From Candidatus Peregrinibacteria bacterium CG11_big_fil_rev_8_21_14_0_20_49_14 (lineage in GTDB: Bacteria; Patescibacteriota; Gracilibacteria; Peribacterales; Peribacteraceae), in contig PCVP01000014.1 of assembly GCA_002787035.1 (NCBI GenBank), forward strand, positions 11,542-75,541: DNA of 64,000 nt, written 5' to 3'. The position numbers and the translations under genes are program-made. Below the pieces are notes generated by a model that saw nothing but the letters and a program-made list of their open reading frames with translations, had not been told where the DNA came from and searched no databases. Below are positions 40,225 to 49,365 of the stretch, in pieces. Numbering within the stretch: the first letter of the stretch is position 1; every line of letters begins with the position of its first letter.

Positions 40225-42450
40225 TTACTCCAAAGCATTTGGCGAAAAAAGCCAAGAAAAGAGCGAGAGCCAACTTTTTCCCCTTTGGAACACTCTTTCT
40301 TCCTGCAGGTACCAACGGTGCAATGTAAGGAATCTATCTGAGTGGAGGGACGGTTTTCCGAGTCGGACTCCATTCAGACGGGTGTTGTATGCAAAAGTAT
40401 ACATAGGGGAGTAGAGGAAGACTGCGGGAACATCTTGCCGTAAGACTTCTTTCAAATCTTGTAATGCTTCGGCTTGCTCTCCTGCATCACCGGTTTCTCG
40501 AATAGTTTCCAAAAGAGAATCTGCATCGAACGAAGAGTACTGAGACAAATTATAGGCATCTATGCGCAAATCTGACCTCTTGCCCGTAAACTGCTGAATG
40601 CCACTGCTGTGCCAGTAGGGGTAGCTATCCAGGTTATCCAATAGTGACTGGCCGAAAAGAAGAACATCGTAATCTCTGTTTATCAGCTTTTCTTCAAATT
40701 GACTTCTGGTTTCGGGAATTTCTATGCCCACATGCACACCCAGTTCTGCCCATTGCTTTTTCACTTCTTCTGCAATTGTTTTGTACTGAGGAGGAGTATT
40801 ACTGGTGAGAAGGCGCAGAGAGAGTTTTTCTCCCTGAGTATTTATACGTATGTCTGTGGGATCTGTGGAAAGACGCCTCCTGAGAAAGTTCTTTTCCAAA
40901 TACATATCTGCCACGGTGATTCTCTCATTTTCAGGTAACTTTTCATCTCGTGAGTCTATAAACTGATGCAGAATTTTCTGCTCCAAAGAAGCGGCTTTGT
41001 ATTCCTGAGCCTTCACTGTTCGCCAAAGATAGAAAGAATCGAGAATATTTCCGCGTTTATCCTGCAACTGAAGAAGATTATTTCCCAGTGCAATGCTACC
41101 GGTTCCGCCATGAGTCGGCAGTGCTATGTGCCACGATCCTGTTTGAGTGGATTGCTCCAGAGGAATGTTGTTGAGCATGTATGCACTTTGAGACTCCAAA
41201 AATGAACCCGTTATGAGCAGAGAGGCACCTGTATCCAAATACACTATGGATTCCGTGTGCAGCGGACCTCTTTTGTTTGCTTCCCAGCGTTCAAGTAAGC
41301 GTTGTAATCTGACTTTTTCAGGTAAATGCCAATCGGAAGAGAAAAAAGCACCTTGTGCAAGATTGGGGTCGAACTGATACCTCCAATCAGAATCATTGAT
41401 TTCCATGAGGGGAGTATCGATGATTATCAGTTCGTTCATCTTCTTCACTATCGCTTGTTTGTTCGTACCCAATTGTAATCCCAGACGTAGTTTCTGATCC
41501 GCCAAAATATCTTTATCCAAATTAAAGAAGAGTGCCACATACTGTGGAAGAGAATAGTTGGAAGCTCTGAAACTGCTTGGAATAATCGGGTCTCCAACGT
41601 CATTTCTTGGTACCAATCTCACTCCGTCAAGATTTCTGATATCCGAAAGCAAGGTGTTGTAATCCGGGAACATGCGAAAGACAATTCTCTCAAGATGATA
41701 AAATGGCTCCAATGGTCTGGAGAAACGCTCCAGCGTGATTTCCACGCTGAGATCTGTTTGTACAAGACGTTTAAAGGCGTATGGCCCTGCTCCGACGGGT
41801 TCGAAACCGAAGTCCAATACCTGGTCAAACTTACTCACAGGAACACCCTCGAACGACCGTTCAGGAATAAGTCCCAACGTTAAGTTGCTCGCAAAGAATC
41901 TGTAGGGCTTTGCCAAAGTAAATTTTACAGTCCTTTGATCCACTTTCTCTATTTCCACACCCAAAAAGTTTTGTCGCAACAGTGTGTTTGGAAACTCATC
42001 GCTTTGAACGGAGCGGAATGTAAAAATCACATCATCTGCGGTAACCGGGTGCGGAATCTCTTGAGTGGAATCGTGCCAGAACAGGTTCTCGCGTAGTCGT
42101 ACGGTATACACTTTGTTATCGGGAGTGACAGTAAGAACCCCTAAGTCATCTTCTATCTTCTGCGTTTCGGGATTGTATTTTTGGAGTCCCGCAAAGACGA
42201 GAGAAACGATATCTCTGTTCACATCATTGGTAATAATAAACCACGGAAGTAAGGGTTGCAGTTCACCGACAGACCCTTCTATATAGGTACCGCCCTGGTC
42301 CGGTACCAAGACAGTGCTGTCTATGTAAAACCTTCGCAGTAAAATGGTGGCACTTATAAGAAAGAGGAGCACCAGAGCGACGAGAACGGTGCGCTCAAAT
42401 TTTGCGAAAATGCGAAGAGCTCGAATCATGTGCACCGGAGTATACCGCAA
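40225..42450 (-). CDS. family 5 (OppA-like) ABC substrate-binding protein, membrane-anchored, with internal insertion
   Basis: GGTYIEG, WHD...TADDV-x-FT, PVGAGPY, LFFN, RLGL...NK, YPYWHSS, PAVFLY. Confidence 0.88.
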   Translation of the reverse strand: MRYTPVHMIRALRIFAKFERTVLVALVLLFLISATILLRRFYIDSTVLVPDQGGTYIEGSVGELQPLLPWFIITNDVNRDIVSLVFAGLQKYNPETQKIEDDLGVLTVTPDNKVYTVRLRENLFWHDSTQEIPHPVTADDVIFTFRSVQSDEFPNTLLRQNFLGVEIEKVDQRTVKFTLAKPYRFFASNLTLGLIPERSFEGVPVSKFDQVLDFGFEPVGAGPYAFKRLVQTDLSVEITLERFSRPLEPFYHLERIVFRMFPDYNTLLSDIRNLDGVRLVPRNDVGDPIIPSSFRASNYSLPQYVALFFNLDKDILADQKLRLGLQLGTNKQAIVKKMNELIIIDTPLMEINDSDWRYQFDPNLAQGAFFSSDWHLPEKVRLQRLLERWEANKRGPLHTESIVYLDTGASLLITGSFLESQSAYMLNNIPLEQSTQTGSWHIALPTHGGTGSIALGNNLLQLQDKRGNILDSFYLWRTVKAQEYKAASLEQKILHQFIDSRDEKLPENERITVADMYLEKNFLRRRLSTDPTDIRINTQGEKLSLRLLTSNTPPQYKTIAEEVKKQWAELGVHVGIEIPETRSQFEEKLINRDYDVLLFGQSLLDNLDSYPYWHSSGIQQFTGKRSDLRIDAYNLSQYSSFDADSLLETIRETGDAGEQAEALQDLKEVLRQDVPAVFLYSPMYTFAYNTRLNGVRLGKPSLHSDRFLTLHRWYLQEERVFQRGKSWLSLFSWLFSPNALE

Positions 42451-42473
42451 AATTTAGGACGTCGCAGTGCGCA

Positions 42474-42686
42474 CTAGTAGACGTACCATTGGAGTATGGC
42501 GAGTGCGAAGAATGCGACACTCAACCATATACTTGCTTTGTAGATCACTTTTTCAGCGCCACGACGTTGAACGAAGTTGGTGGCACCGCTTCCTCCGAAT
42601 GTTGCAGAAAGCCCTGAAGCTCTGTGCTGAAGAAGAATACTGAATACAAGCAGAACACTGACGATGATTTGTAGAACCATAAGCAT
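42474..42686 (-). CDS. secG: preprotein translocase subunit SecG
   Basis: ILLQHRASGLSATFGG...RRGAEK, two TM helices. ATG at 42686 lies 6 nt after TACACT. Confidence 0.93.
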   Translation of the reverse strand: MLMVLQIIVSVLLVFSILLQHRASGLSATFGGSGATNFVQRRGAEKVIYKASIWLSVAFFALAILQWYVY

Positions 42687-42751
42687 GAACAAAGTGTAGA
42701 GATGCTCTCGATTCTCGGCAATAGTATGCTACACTTTTGCGGCTTTAAATT

Positions 42752-42829
42752 GGGTGGTTAGCTCAGTTGGTCTAGAGCGTCTGGTTTACACCCAGAAGGT
42801 CACTGGTTCGACTCCAGTACCACCCACCA
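42752..42829 (+). tRNA. tRNA-Val(UAC)
   Basis: GGGTGGT acceptor stem, anticodon arm TCTGG-TTTACAC-CCAGA, GGTTCGACTCC, encoded CCA. Confidence 0.96.
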
Positions 42830-42977
42830 TTCTACTCGTCGTTCCTTTCAGCGAACTCCTCGCTCATGGTAAACCATTCAATTCGTTCCTCACTTCGCTC
42901 TTCGCTCACATGGTAAACCACGATTCTCTTTTTGATCGAATCGAATGAGTCTGTTTACCATGAACGAAGTTGAATGG
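42827..42977 (+). repeat. tandem and inverted tRNA-3'-attached repeats
   Basis: Unit 1 at 42827-42876 and unit 2 at 42874-42920 both end ATGGTAAACCA. Inverted partial unit at 42953-42977. Confidence 0.85.
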
Positions 42978-43067
42978 AGCGAACGGAGCGTATCGGAGTG
43001 ATTCGAAGACCCTACAAAACACATATCCGATAATTGACAAGAGTAATTTATAGGTTACTTTGTCTTT

Positions 43068-43955
43068 ATGAAAGCTGTTGAAATCCAAGGAGTGACCAAA
43101 AGACCCATTCAGCCTTTTGGGGAAGAGTGGATACCCGATGAAGCAGTAGATATACAAACATTTGTCACACGACATTTGAATGCGGTGCAGGAAACAGCGA
43201 GAGAGAAGCTGATCATAGTCGTGCAAAATACGACGTCTTTGCCGGATCAAGAATGGTTACCGATTCCTCCCGCATCTGACAAAAAAAGTACGTACGCCTT
43301 ACATGCGGAATTCCTGGGTAAGGTGGACATGCTCATTTGGAAGCTGCAAGGCAAAGAAAGAGCCCCCACAAGGTTTATATCGAGTTCCGTTGCTTCAGAG
43401 GTCATGCACAGAAACGCAGAAATGCTACGCACCGATGCCGATGACATCTCTATCGAAACAGGGAAGTTTGCGATTCTACTCAATGCGATTGCTACGGATC
43501 TTGCATCGGAGAACCCGTTTCGAGACGTCAATGGTCCCCACACACTGCTGTGGGAAATCGTGAAGGACTGCAACTTGGAAAGCGCATCGAAATTCATAAG
43601 CAGCGGAGTATCACTGACAGATCGGATAATTCACTATTGTTTCGGCGATAAGAAAGGAGACATGATGAAAGAATTTTCCAGAGTTCGAGAACTCTGCAGA
43701 CAGAAAATATCCAATTTCAATGATACGTGCGTAGAAGAGCTTATTCCCGATACCTACGCACACGACTGGTGCTCTCAACCCGACTCCAGTGTCATAGCGT
43801 GGAACAGGCTTCCTGAGTCCGATTCGGAAATTCAGGGACCTTGTGCCATGCACTTTGCGCTTCCGGATAGCGAGATGAATCAGCAAGATGATCTGCTGCG
43901 AGCAGAAGTCCTGGCAGGAAAGATAACGGCAAGAAGGCCAAAAAGAGCGCCGTGA
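43068..43955 (+). CDS. hypothetical protein
   Basis: 295-aa ORF. TTGACA (43034-39) N16 TACTTT, 6 nt before the ATG. Confidence 0.7.
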   Translation: MKAVEIQGVTKRPIQPFGEEWIPDEAVDIQTFVTRHLNAVQETAREKLIIVVQNTTSLPDQEWLPIPPASDKKSTYALHAEFLGKVDMLIWKLQGKERAPTRFISSSVASEVMHRNAEMLRTDADDISIETGKFAILLNAIATDLASENPFRDVNGPHTLLWEIVKDCNLESASKFISSGVSLTDRIIHYCFGDKKGDMMKEFSRVRELCRQKISNFNDTCVEELIPDTYAHDWCSQPDSSVIAWNRLPESDSEIQGPCAMHFALPDSEMNQQDDLLRAEVLAGKITARRPKRAP

Positions 43956-44041
43956 TCTTTGGCGAAATATACCAGACAAGACTCTTGACAATAAATCTAT
44001 ATTTATTCATACTCACAACCTTTTGATTACCCCTACTTCGC

Positions 44042-45859
44042 ATGTTTTGCACATGTCGCCGCATTCAGACCGTTGCAGTCCTCTCAGGAACTGCACTACT
44101 TCTCACCCTCTTTCACACAGTTCTTGTGTCACCGATTGGCACAGAGGCGATTGCAGCTTCCACAGAATGTGCGGACGGAATAGATAACGATTTCGACGGA
44201 AAAATAGACTACCCACAAGATCCACAGTGTCTCTCTCTTCACGACCAGTCCGAAGGTCCTACGGGAAGAGGCCTGTTTTTGGATATTACGGACGGACTGA
44301 AGACTGTGGCTGCCAACGGACACATGACCTATACTATCAGTCTCAACAGCGACAGAGACGCTATTCAAAACGTGGACGTACAATTCTTCATTCCGCATCA
44401 GACAAATCTTCTTTCTTCCACGAACGGTGGGAGAACAGCAGGGGACTATGTCGTATGGAGAAACGTATCGGTTAACCCGGGAACAACGAAGAAACTCTAC
44501 GTAGACGTCGGTATAAAGCCTCGTGCGCAGCAAGATCTCCTCGTTGTGGGTAAAGTCTATGCCGCAGGAGAAGAAGCAACGGACATTACGCGCATAGAAG
44601 GAAAAGAAGGAGACCCAAATTTCCAAAATGTTCCTGCATTGCGACTTTCAGTGAGTGATGGAAAAGCCTACGCACAGCCAAATGAGAAACTTACATACCG
44701 CATAGTGGTAGACAATACGCACGGTCCGAGCAGAACGTACAGACTTCGTACGGATCTCTCCACATTCCTTTCGTACGTTAATGCCAGCGGAGACCCGCGT
44801 GTGGATAAAAGCATCGTAGAATGGACAAGTCAGCAAATTGAAGCCGGAGAAGTACAAGAATTTTATCTCACTGCTCTAGTGGAACGTGAAACACCAGATA
44901 ATATGGCAGTACAATTTAAAGTCGCATCGGGACCTTCGGTTGCGAAAGATACGACAGGAATTTACAAAGGAACGATGAACTCATCTATCAGCACGTCTAT
45001 TTCAGACGGTTTGGACAGTGCGACAATCGGAGAGAATGTGACGTATACTCTCGTTATTCGAAATGATACGAACAAACTGGCAACGGAAGTAGATGCGAAT
45101 GTTGCACTTCCTCGATACATGGAATTCGTATCTGCGGAAGAAGGAGGACAATGGACAGGAAAGAACGTTCACTGGACAGGTCTTACCGTCAGTCCTCATG
45201 GCTCAAGATCCATTCGTGTCACAGGTAGAATTCGCAGCGATGCGCCCATAGGCACAAAGTTGCGTGCCAGCGGAGAGGTAAAAGGACACGTTGCCGTAGA
45301 TCTTACGAATGTCGATACCGTTCGACGCGGAGGAGGAGGTGGAATTGCACTCGGGTTCGGCCCGGTGGCAACATCTTCACGTGCTCCAATCATACTGCGA
45401 AAGAACGCAGACAGAGGAGAAGTACGCCCCGGCGATACGGTGCGCTACACCCTCTACATGAAGAACAACACGAACCAAGCCTTCGGAAACCTTGTTGTAC
45501 AAGACCGCATGGATACGAATTACATGCAAATTCTTGGCGGACAAGGTGGTCAGCAAAGTGACGGCCGTCTATCATGGCGTGTACCGCAGCTTGCTGCGGG
45601 CCAGGAATGGACAACTTCGTACAGTGTGAGGATCGCCCCGTACGTCCCACATGGAGCAACACTGAATAACGTTGTATCCGTGAGCGGAGACGGAATAGAA
45701 ACATTCTCACTCACTGAGCGTGTCATGACTTCCAATACGAACGTTATTACGGATCTTCCACCTACCGGCGTTAGCTTCGGAGGAATATTTGCGACACTCT
45801 CAGGACTCCTTGGAATGCTTCCTACATTCCTGCAGAGGAAGAGAAAATTCGTTCTCTAG
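44042..45859 (+). CDS. cell-surface protein with DUF11-like Ig repeats, Ca-binding C-x-DGIDNDxDG motif and C-terminal LPPTG-TM-basic tail
   Basis: Signal peptide, ECADGIDNDFDGKIDYPQDPQC, four G/N-x-x-(L/V/M)-x-Y-x-(I/L) repeats, LPPTG. Confidence 0.85.
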   Translation: MFCTCRRIQTVAVLSGTALLLTLFHTVLVSPIGTEAIAASTECADGIDNDFDGKIDYPQDPQCLSLHDQSEGPTGRGLFLDITDGLKTVAANGHMTYTISLNSDRDAIQNVDVQFFIPHQTNLLSSTNGGRTAGDYVVWRNVSVNPGTTKKLYVDVGIKPRAQQDLLVVGKVYAAGEEATDITRIEGKEGDPNFQNVPALRLSVSDGKAYAQPNEKLTYRIVVDNTHGPSRTYRLRTDLSTFLSYVNASGDPRVDKSIVEWTSQQIEAGEVQEFYLTALVERETPDNMAVQFKVASGPSVAKDTTGIYKGTMNSSISTSISDGLDSATIGENVTYTLVIRNDTNKLATEVDANVALPRYMEFVSAEEGGQWTGKNVHWTGLTVSPHGSRSIRVTGRIRSDAPIGTKLRASGEVKGHVAVDLTNVDTVRRGGGGGIALGFGPVATSSRAPIILRKNADRGEVRPGDTVRYTLYMKNNTNQAFGNLVVQDRMDTNYMQILGGQGGQQSDGRLSWRVPQLAAGQEWTTSYSVRIAPYVPHGATLNNVVSVSGDGIETFSLTERVMTSNTNVITDLPPTGVSFGGIFATLSGLLGMLPTFLQRKRKFVL

Positions 45860-45871
45860 ACAACTATGCAT

Positions 45872-45898
45872 AAAAAGCCCGGTGTAATCCGGGCTTTT
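45872..45898. terminator. bidirectional intrinsic terminator
   Basis: AAAAAGCCCGG-TGTAAT-CCGGGCTTTT between convergent genes. Confidence 0.9.
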
Positions 45899-45920
45899 AT
45901 AATAACGAGCGGAAGAGACT

Positions 45921-46238
45921 TTATTGCAGAGAAGTAAATATCTCCTGCATAAGATCTACAATACTGGAGAACGTGAGCTCGAAAGGGATATCGAGCAGGT
46001 TGGCTATAAAACGGACTATAAAAAAAGCGATGAACGACACAAACAGTCCGATGATGGAAAAACGTATAGTATGAACTGCACGCTTAATTTTCTCTTCATT
46101 TCCCGCAGAGAGAATGAATGAGATGCCTCCGAAGATGATGTACACAAGGCAGAGGATGGTAGCAATGATGAGTCCGAGAGCTACGAAGGTAGCAATGATC
46201 TCTATAACGCTAGCGTTCTCAAGCAAATCTCTGAGCAT
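45921..46238 (-). CDS. CPR-type pilin (TrbC/VirB2-like)
   Basis: YIIFGGISFILSAGNEEKIKRA...SIIGL, two TM helices. Confidence 0.82.
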   Translation of the reverse strand: MLRDLLENASVIEIIATFVALGLIIATILCLVYIIFGGISFILSAGNEEKIKRAVHTIRFSIIGLFVSFIAFFIVRFIANLLDIPFELTFSSIVDLMQEIFTSLQ

Positions 46239-46256
46239 ACGCTGAGGGGGGAGAAA

Positions 46257-46529
46257 TTAGGAAGTTGTACCTGAACCGGGCTCAAGTACCTTAAGGTTAA
46301 TACGCTTGGATGTATTGCCTCCCACGATTCGCAGGAGAGTACGGAGTGCCTTAATGGTTTGGCCTCCTTTTCCTATCAGTTTTCCCATATCGCGCTCGCT
46401 TACCTGGATGGTATGCAAAATTCCAAGATCGTCTTCATGAGACTCTATGCGAAGTTCTTCCTTATCTTCCACCAATGATTCTAAGACGTACTGAAGGAAG
46501 CCTGCGCCTGGAAATTCAGTTGTGCTCAT
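46257..46529 (-). CDS. khpA: KH-domain RNA-binding protein
   Basis: DMGKLIGKGGQTIKALRTLL. Canonical position after rpsP. Confidence 0.92.
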   Translation of the reverse strand: MSTTEFPGAGFLQYVLESLVEDKEELRIESHEDDLGILHTIQVSERDMGKLIGKGGQTIKALRTLLRIVGGNTSKRINLKVLEPGSGTTS

Positions 46530-46543
46530 ACGATGGAAGTGTA

Positions 46544-47059
46544 TTACTCTTTGGTCTCGCTGTCACCTTCTTCCGGTGGCTTATCGGAAGTTTCTTCCAC
46601 GTCGGGTGCAGCAGGCTCGCTTGGTGCTTCTTCTGTTGCTGCAGGCTCTTTAGCCTCTGCAGGAGAAGTTTGCGCTTCCGGAGGCTCTTCCTGCACGGGT
46701 TCAGCGGGAGTCTCTGGTGTGGCAGGTGCTTCTGCGGGAGGCGGTGGCGGAGGTGGGGGTGCTTCTTCCACGGCATTTTTGGACTTCTTCTTCGTGTATT
46801 TCTCCGCAAACTTCTCCATGTCCGCCATGCCATGACGAACCAGAAGACGAGCTACCGTATCACTTGGAATTGCTCCCATGGATACCCAGTGTCGAATTCT
46901 GTCTTCTTTTACGTCGAGTTCAAACGGATCTCGAGTCGGCAAATAGTGACCAAATACCTCAATGAACTTGCCTTTTACAGGCGCAGAATGCTCTGCAAGC
47001 ACCATACGGAATGTCGGTGAGTTCTTTCGGCCGGTGCGTTGCAATCGAATGACGAGCAT
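46544..47059 (-). CDS. rpsP: 30S ribosomal protein S16 with Pro/Glu-rich C-terminal extension
   Basis: MLVIRLQRTGRKNSPTFR...GKFIE...W...GAIPSDTV. Confidence 0.96.
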   Translation of the reverse strand: MLVIRLQRTGRKNSPTFRMVLAEHSAPVKGKFIEVFGHYLPTRDPFELDVKEDRIRHWVSMGAIPSDTVARLLVRHGMADMEKFAEKYTKKKSKNAVEEAPPPPPPPPAEAPATPETPAEPVQEEPPEAQTSPAEAKEPAATEEAPSEPAAPDVEETSDKPPEEGDSETKE

Positions 47060-47135
47060 ACAATGGTAGCGGACTCTCATTGAGTCAGCCCGCAGAGTGT
47101 AGGTAAGCAAAAAGCGCTATGCAACCTAAAAATGC

Positions 47136-47453
47136 TTAATTTGCGCTCTGAACATCCGACTGACCCTCTCTGCTGAGACGAATATCGGTAACCATTTCTG
47201 TTTCTGTCATCGTTCGAAGGTATGTGAGTAGGTCTTGCGCCTTCTGTTGGCATTCTTGTGAGGCTATGGAATGCGTACAGAGAATCGTTAAAACACCGTT
47301 AGTAAATGTGGTGGGACGCAAGTCGGCCTGGAACAGCTGTAAATGTTCGCTTATCCAATTCTCCGCATGGTGAATAACGAGCGATGCCTCACAATGGGAG
47401 GTTAAACCTCGCTTTTTTAGCACCCGAGACAGCAAAGAACCCACGTGATCCAT
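47136..47453 (-). CDS. DciA (DUF721) family protein
   Basis: MDHVGSLL start, F-x-NGVLTI-x-C-x-HS-x-x-SQE pattern, about 105 aa. Confidence 0.7.
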   Translation of the reverse strand: MDHVGSLLSRVLKKRGLTSHCEASLVIHHAENWISEHLQLFQADLRPTTFTNGVLTILCTHSIASQECQQKAQDLLTYLRTMTETEMVTDIRLSREGQSDVQSAN

Positions 47454-47459
47454 AGGGAA

Positions 47460-48512
47460 TCATGATACCCGCAAGGCACTGAGAAAAACAGTCAGTGTTT
47501 CCGCCGCCGCCTGCTCCCATGTTGGAAGCCCCAGGGAAATATCCGGAGCGGAAGGCGGATTTCGAAAGGCGGCTATGTACGCTTCTTCGTCCGGTTTCAA
47601 AAGTAACGAACCTGGGAGAGCCACTTCCGAAATTGCGGAGCAGTCGGTTGCAATAACAGGGCAGCCGCAAGCGGCGGCCTCGAGAACGGGAAAGCAGTAG
47701 CCTTCGTAGAGTGACGCCGTCACGAACGCAGTCGCACCCGAATACAACGCGGGGAGATCTTCCTCCGACACATCGGAGATGACAGAAACACCGGAGGGAA
47801 GAGACAGTTTTAGAACTTCCGGACCCGAGGAAACCAAAATGAGCTTCGTATTTTTTTCATTCGATTTTTCGTATGCGTTCAGAAGGAACTGTACGTTTTT
47901 ATGCTCTTTCGCATTGCCCACATACAGGAAGTACTCACCCGAAACGCCGCATCGCTGCAGCGTTTCAGATACTGATTGATGCGAAACAGGTGAGAAGTTC
48001 AGACCGATACCTTCGTGAACCGTATGAATCTTTTTTTCGATAAGACTGCCGTACGTGTCACACAACTCGTGCTTCGTGTTATGACTGACTGCAATAATGC
48101 TTTTCGCTTTTCGTACCGCACGCTGCATGATTATTTTGTATGCGCATCTCTTGGTGAAAGCGGCGGTATTTGGAAACCGATGTAAAATAAGATCGTGAAT
48201 GGTAACCACAAAAGGGACAGGACAATTAAACGGGACATTGAAATGCGGAGAGAAGAGCAGGTCTATGTTCGACCGACGAAGGATGGCGGGAAAACGTAGT
48301 TGCTCGGAAACAGAATAATGGGGAATATCTGCCTGAATAATTCGTATGCTCTTATCGAAATTTTTAAGCCAAGGCTCCGAATCTGAACGGACAAACAACA
48401 CCCATTTTATATCAGCCGAGGAGCGGACAAGGTGAGAGGCAATCTCTCTTGCATACCTTCCGATACCGAAGTTCCCGGAAGCAAAACGACAATCGATTCC
48501 AATAGTTGGCAT
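47460..48512 (-). CDS. glycosyltransferase family 4
   Basis: IGIDCR, TIHDL, YVGNAKEHKN, SLYEGYCFPVLEAAACG. Confidence 0.93.
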   Translation of the reverse strand: MPTIGIDCRFASGNFGIGRYAREIASHLVRSSADIKWVLFVRSDSEPWLKNFDKSIRIIQADIPHYSVSEQLRFPAILRRSNIDLLFSPHFNVPFNCPVPFVVTIHDLILHRFPNTAAFTKRCAYKIIMQRAVRKAKSIIAVSHNTKHELCDTYGSLIEKKIHTVHEGIGLNFSPVSHQSVSETLQRCGVSGEYFLYVGNAKEHKNVQFLLNAYEKSNEKNTKLILVSSGPEVLKLSLPSGVSVISDVSEEDLPALYSGATAFVTASLYEGYCFPVLEAAACGCPVIATDCSAISEVALPGSLLLKPDEEAYIAAFRNPPSAPDISLGLPTWEQAAAETLTVFLSALRVS

Positions 48513-48535
48513 ATTTTCAGTACCATAGTACTCGT

Positions 48536-49333
48536 ATGAATATCAGAAATGCACTGAAAGAGTCAGGTTTGCCATCTCTCGAAGCGGAAGTACTTCTTTC
48601 TAAGGTACTGGGGACAGATAGAACGATGCTGCTAACTCATGGCGATACGATGTTACGGAACGAGGATGAAGCCCTGTTCACATTTTTTACGGATCGCAGA
48701 AAGAAGAATGAGCCGATATCGTACATTGTGGGATACAAAGAATTTTACGGCAGACAATTTGACGTCAATAGCGACGTACTCATCCCAAGGCCTGCGACAG
48801 AAGGTCTGGTGGACACTGTGCTTCAATTTTTCCAAGAAGGAGAGGGAGGGTGCACGGAAATTGATACGGATATCTCCGCTCTCGTTCTCCCTTTTGAAGG
48901 GAGGGGGGAACCGAAGCTGCTCGCAGACATCGGAACCGGTAGCGGGTGCATAGCAACAACCCTTGCTCTCCATACTCCGTATGAAATTCTTGCGACAGAC
49001 ATATCCGACGGAGCCCTATTTGTAGCCAAAAAGAACGCAATAAACCACGGAGTTTCACACAAGATTTCTTTTACGAAAGGATCAATGCTGGGTCCGCTTG
49101 TGAATATGAGTACATACTTCTTCGTGGTCACCAATCCTCCGTATATTCCGACCACAGAATCTCTCATGCCAGATGTTGCGGACTATGAACCACATGGAGC
49201 TCTCTTTGCGGGACAAGACGGTATGAGCGTACTGCTCCCGCTCTTCTTGGAAGCAAAGTCGCATCCTTTCTGTTCTGGCATTGCATTGGAGTGCCGTAAT
49301 TTTCAGGCGGAAGAGCTTCTCAAGATTCTCTAG
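48536..49333 (+). CDS. prmC: release factor glutamine methyltransferase
   Basis: EPISYIVG, VLIPRPATE, DIGTGSGCI, NPPY, YEP-x-x-ALFAG-x-DG. Confidence 0.94.
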   Translation: MNIRNALKESGLPSLEAEVLLSKVLGTDRTMLLTHGDTMLRNEDEALFTFFTDRRKKNEPISYIVGYKEFYGRQFDVNSDVLIPRPATEGLVDTVLQFFQEGEGGCTEIDTDISALVLPFEGRGEPKLLADIGTGSGCIATTLALHTPYEILATDISDGALFVAKKNAINHGVSHKISFTKGSMLGPLVNMSTYFFVVTNPPYIPTTESLMPDVADYEPHGALFAGQDGMSVLLPLFLEAKSHPFCSGIALECRNFQAEELLKIL

Positions 49334-49365
49334 AGAGCAAGAGAGATTCGTGCTACTTTGCAGTC

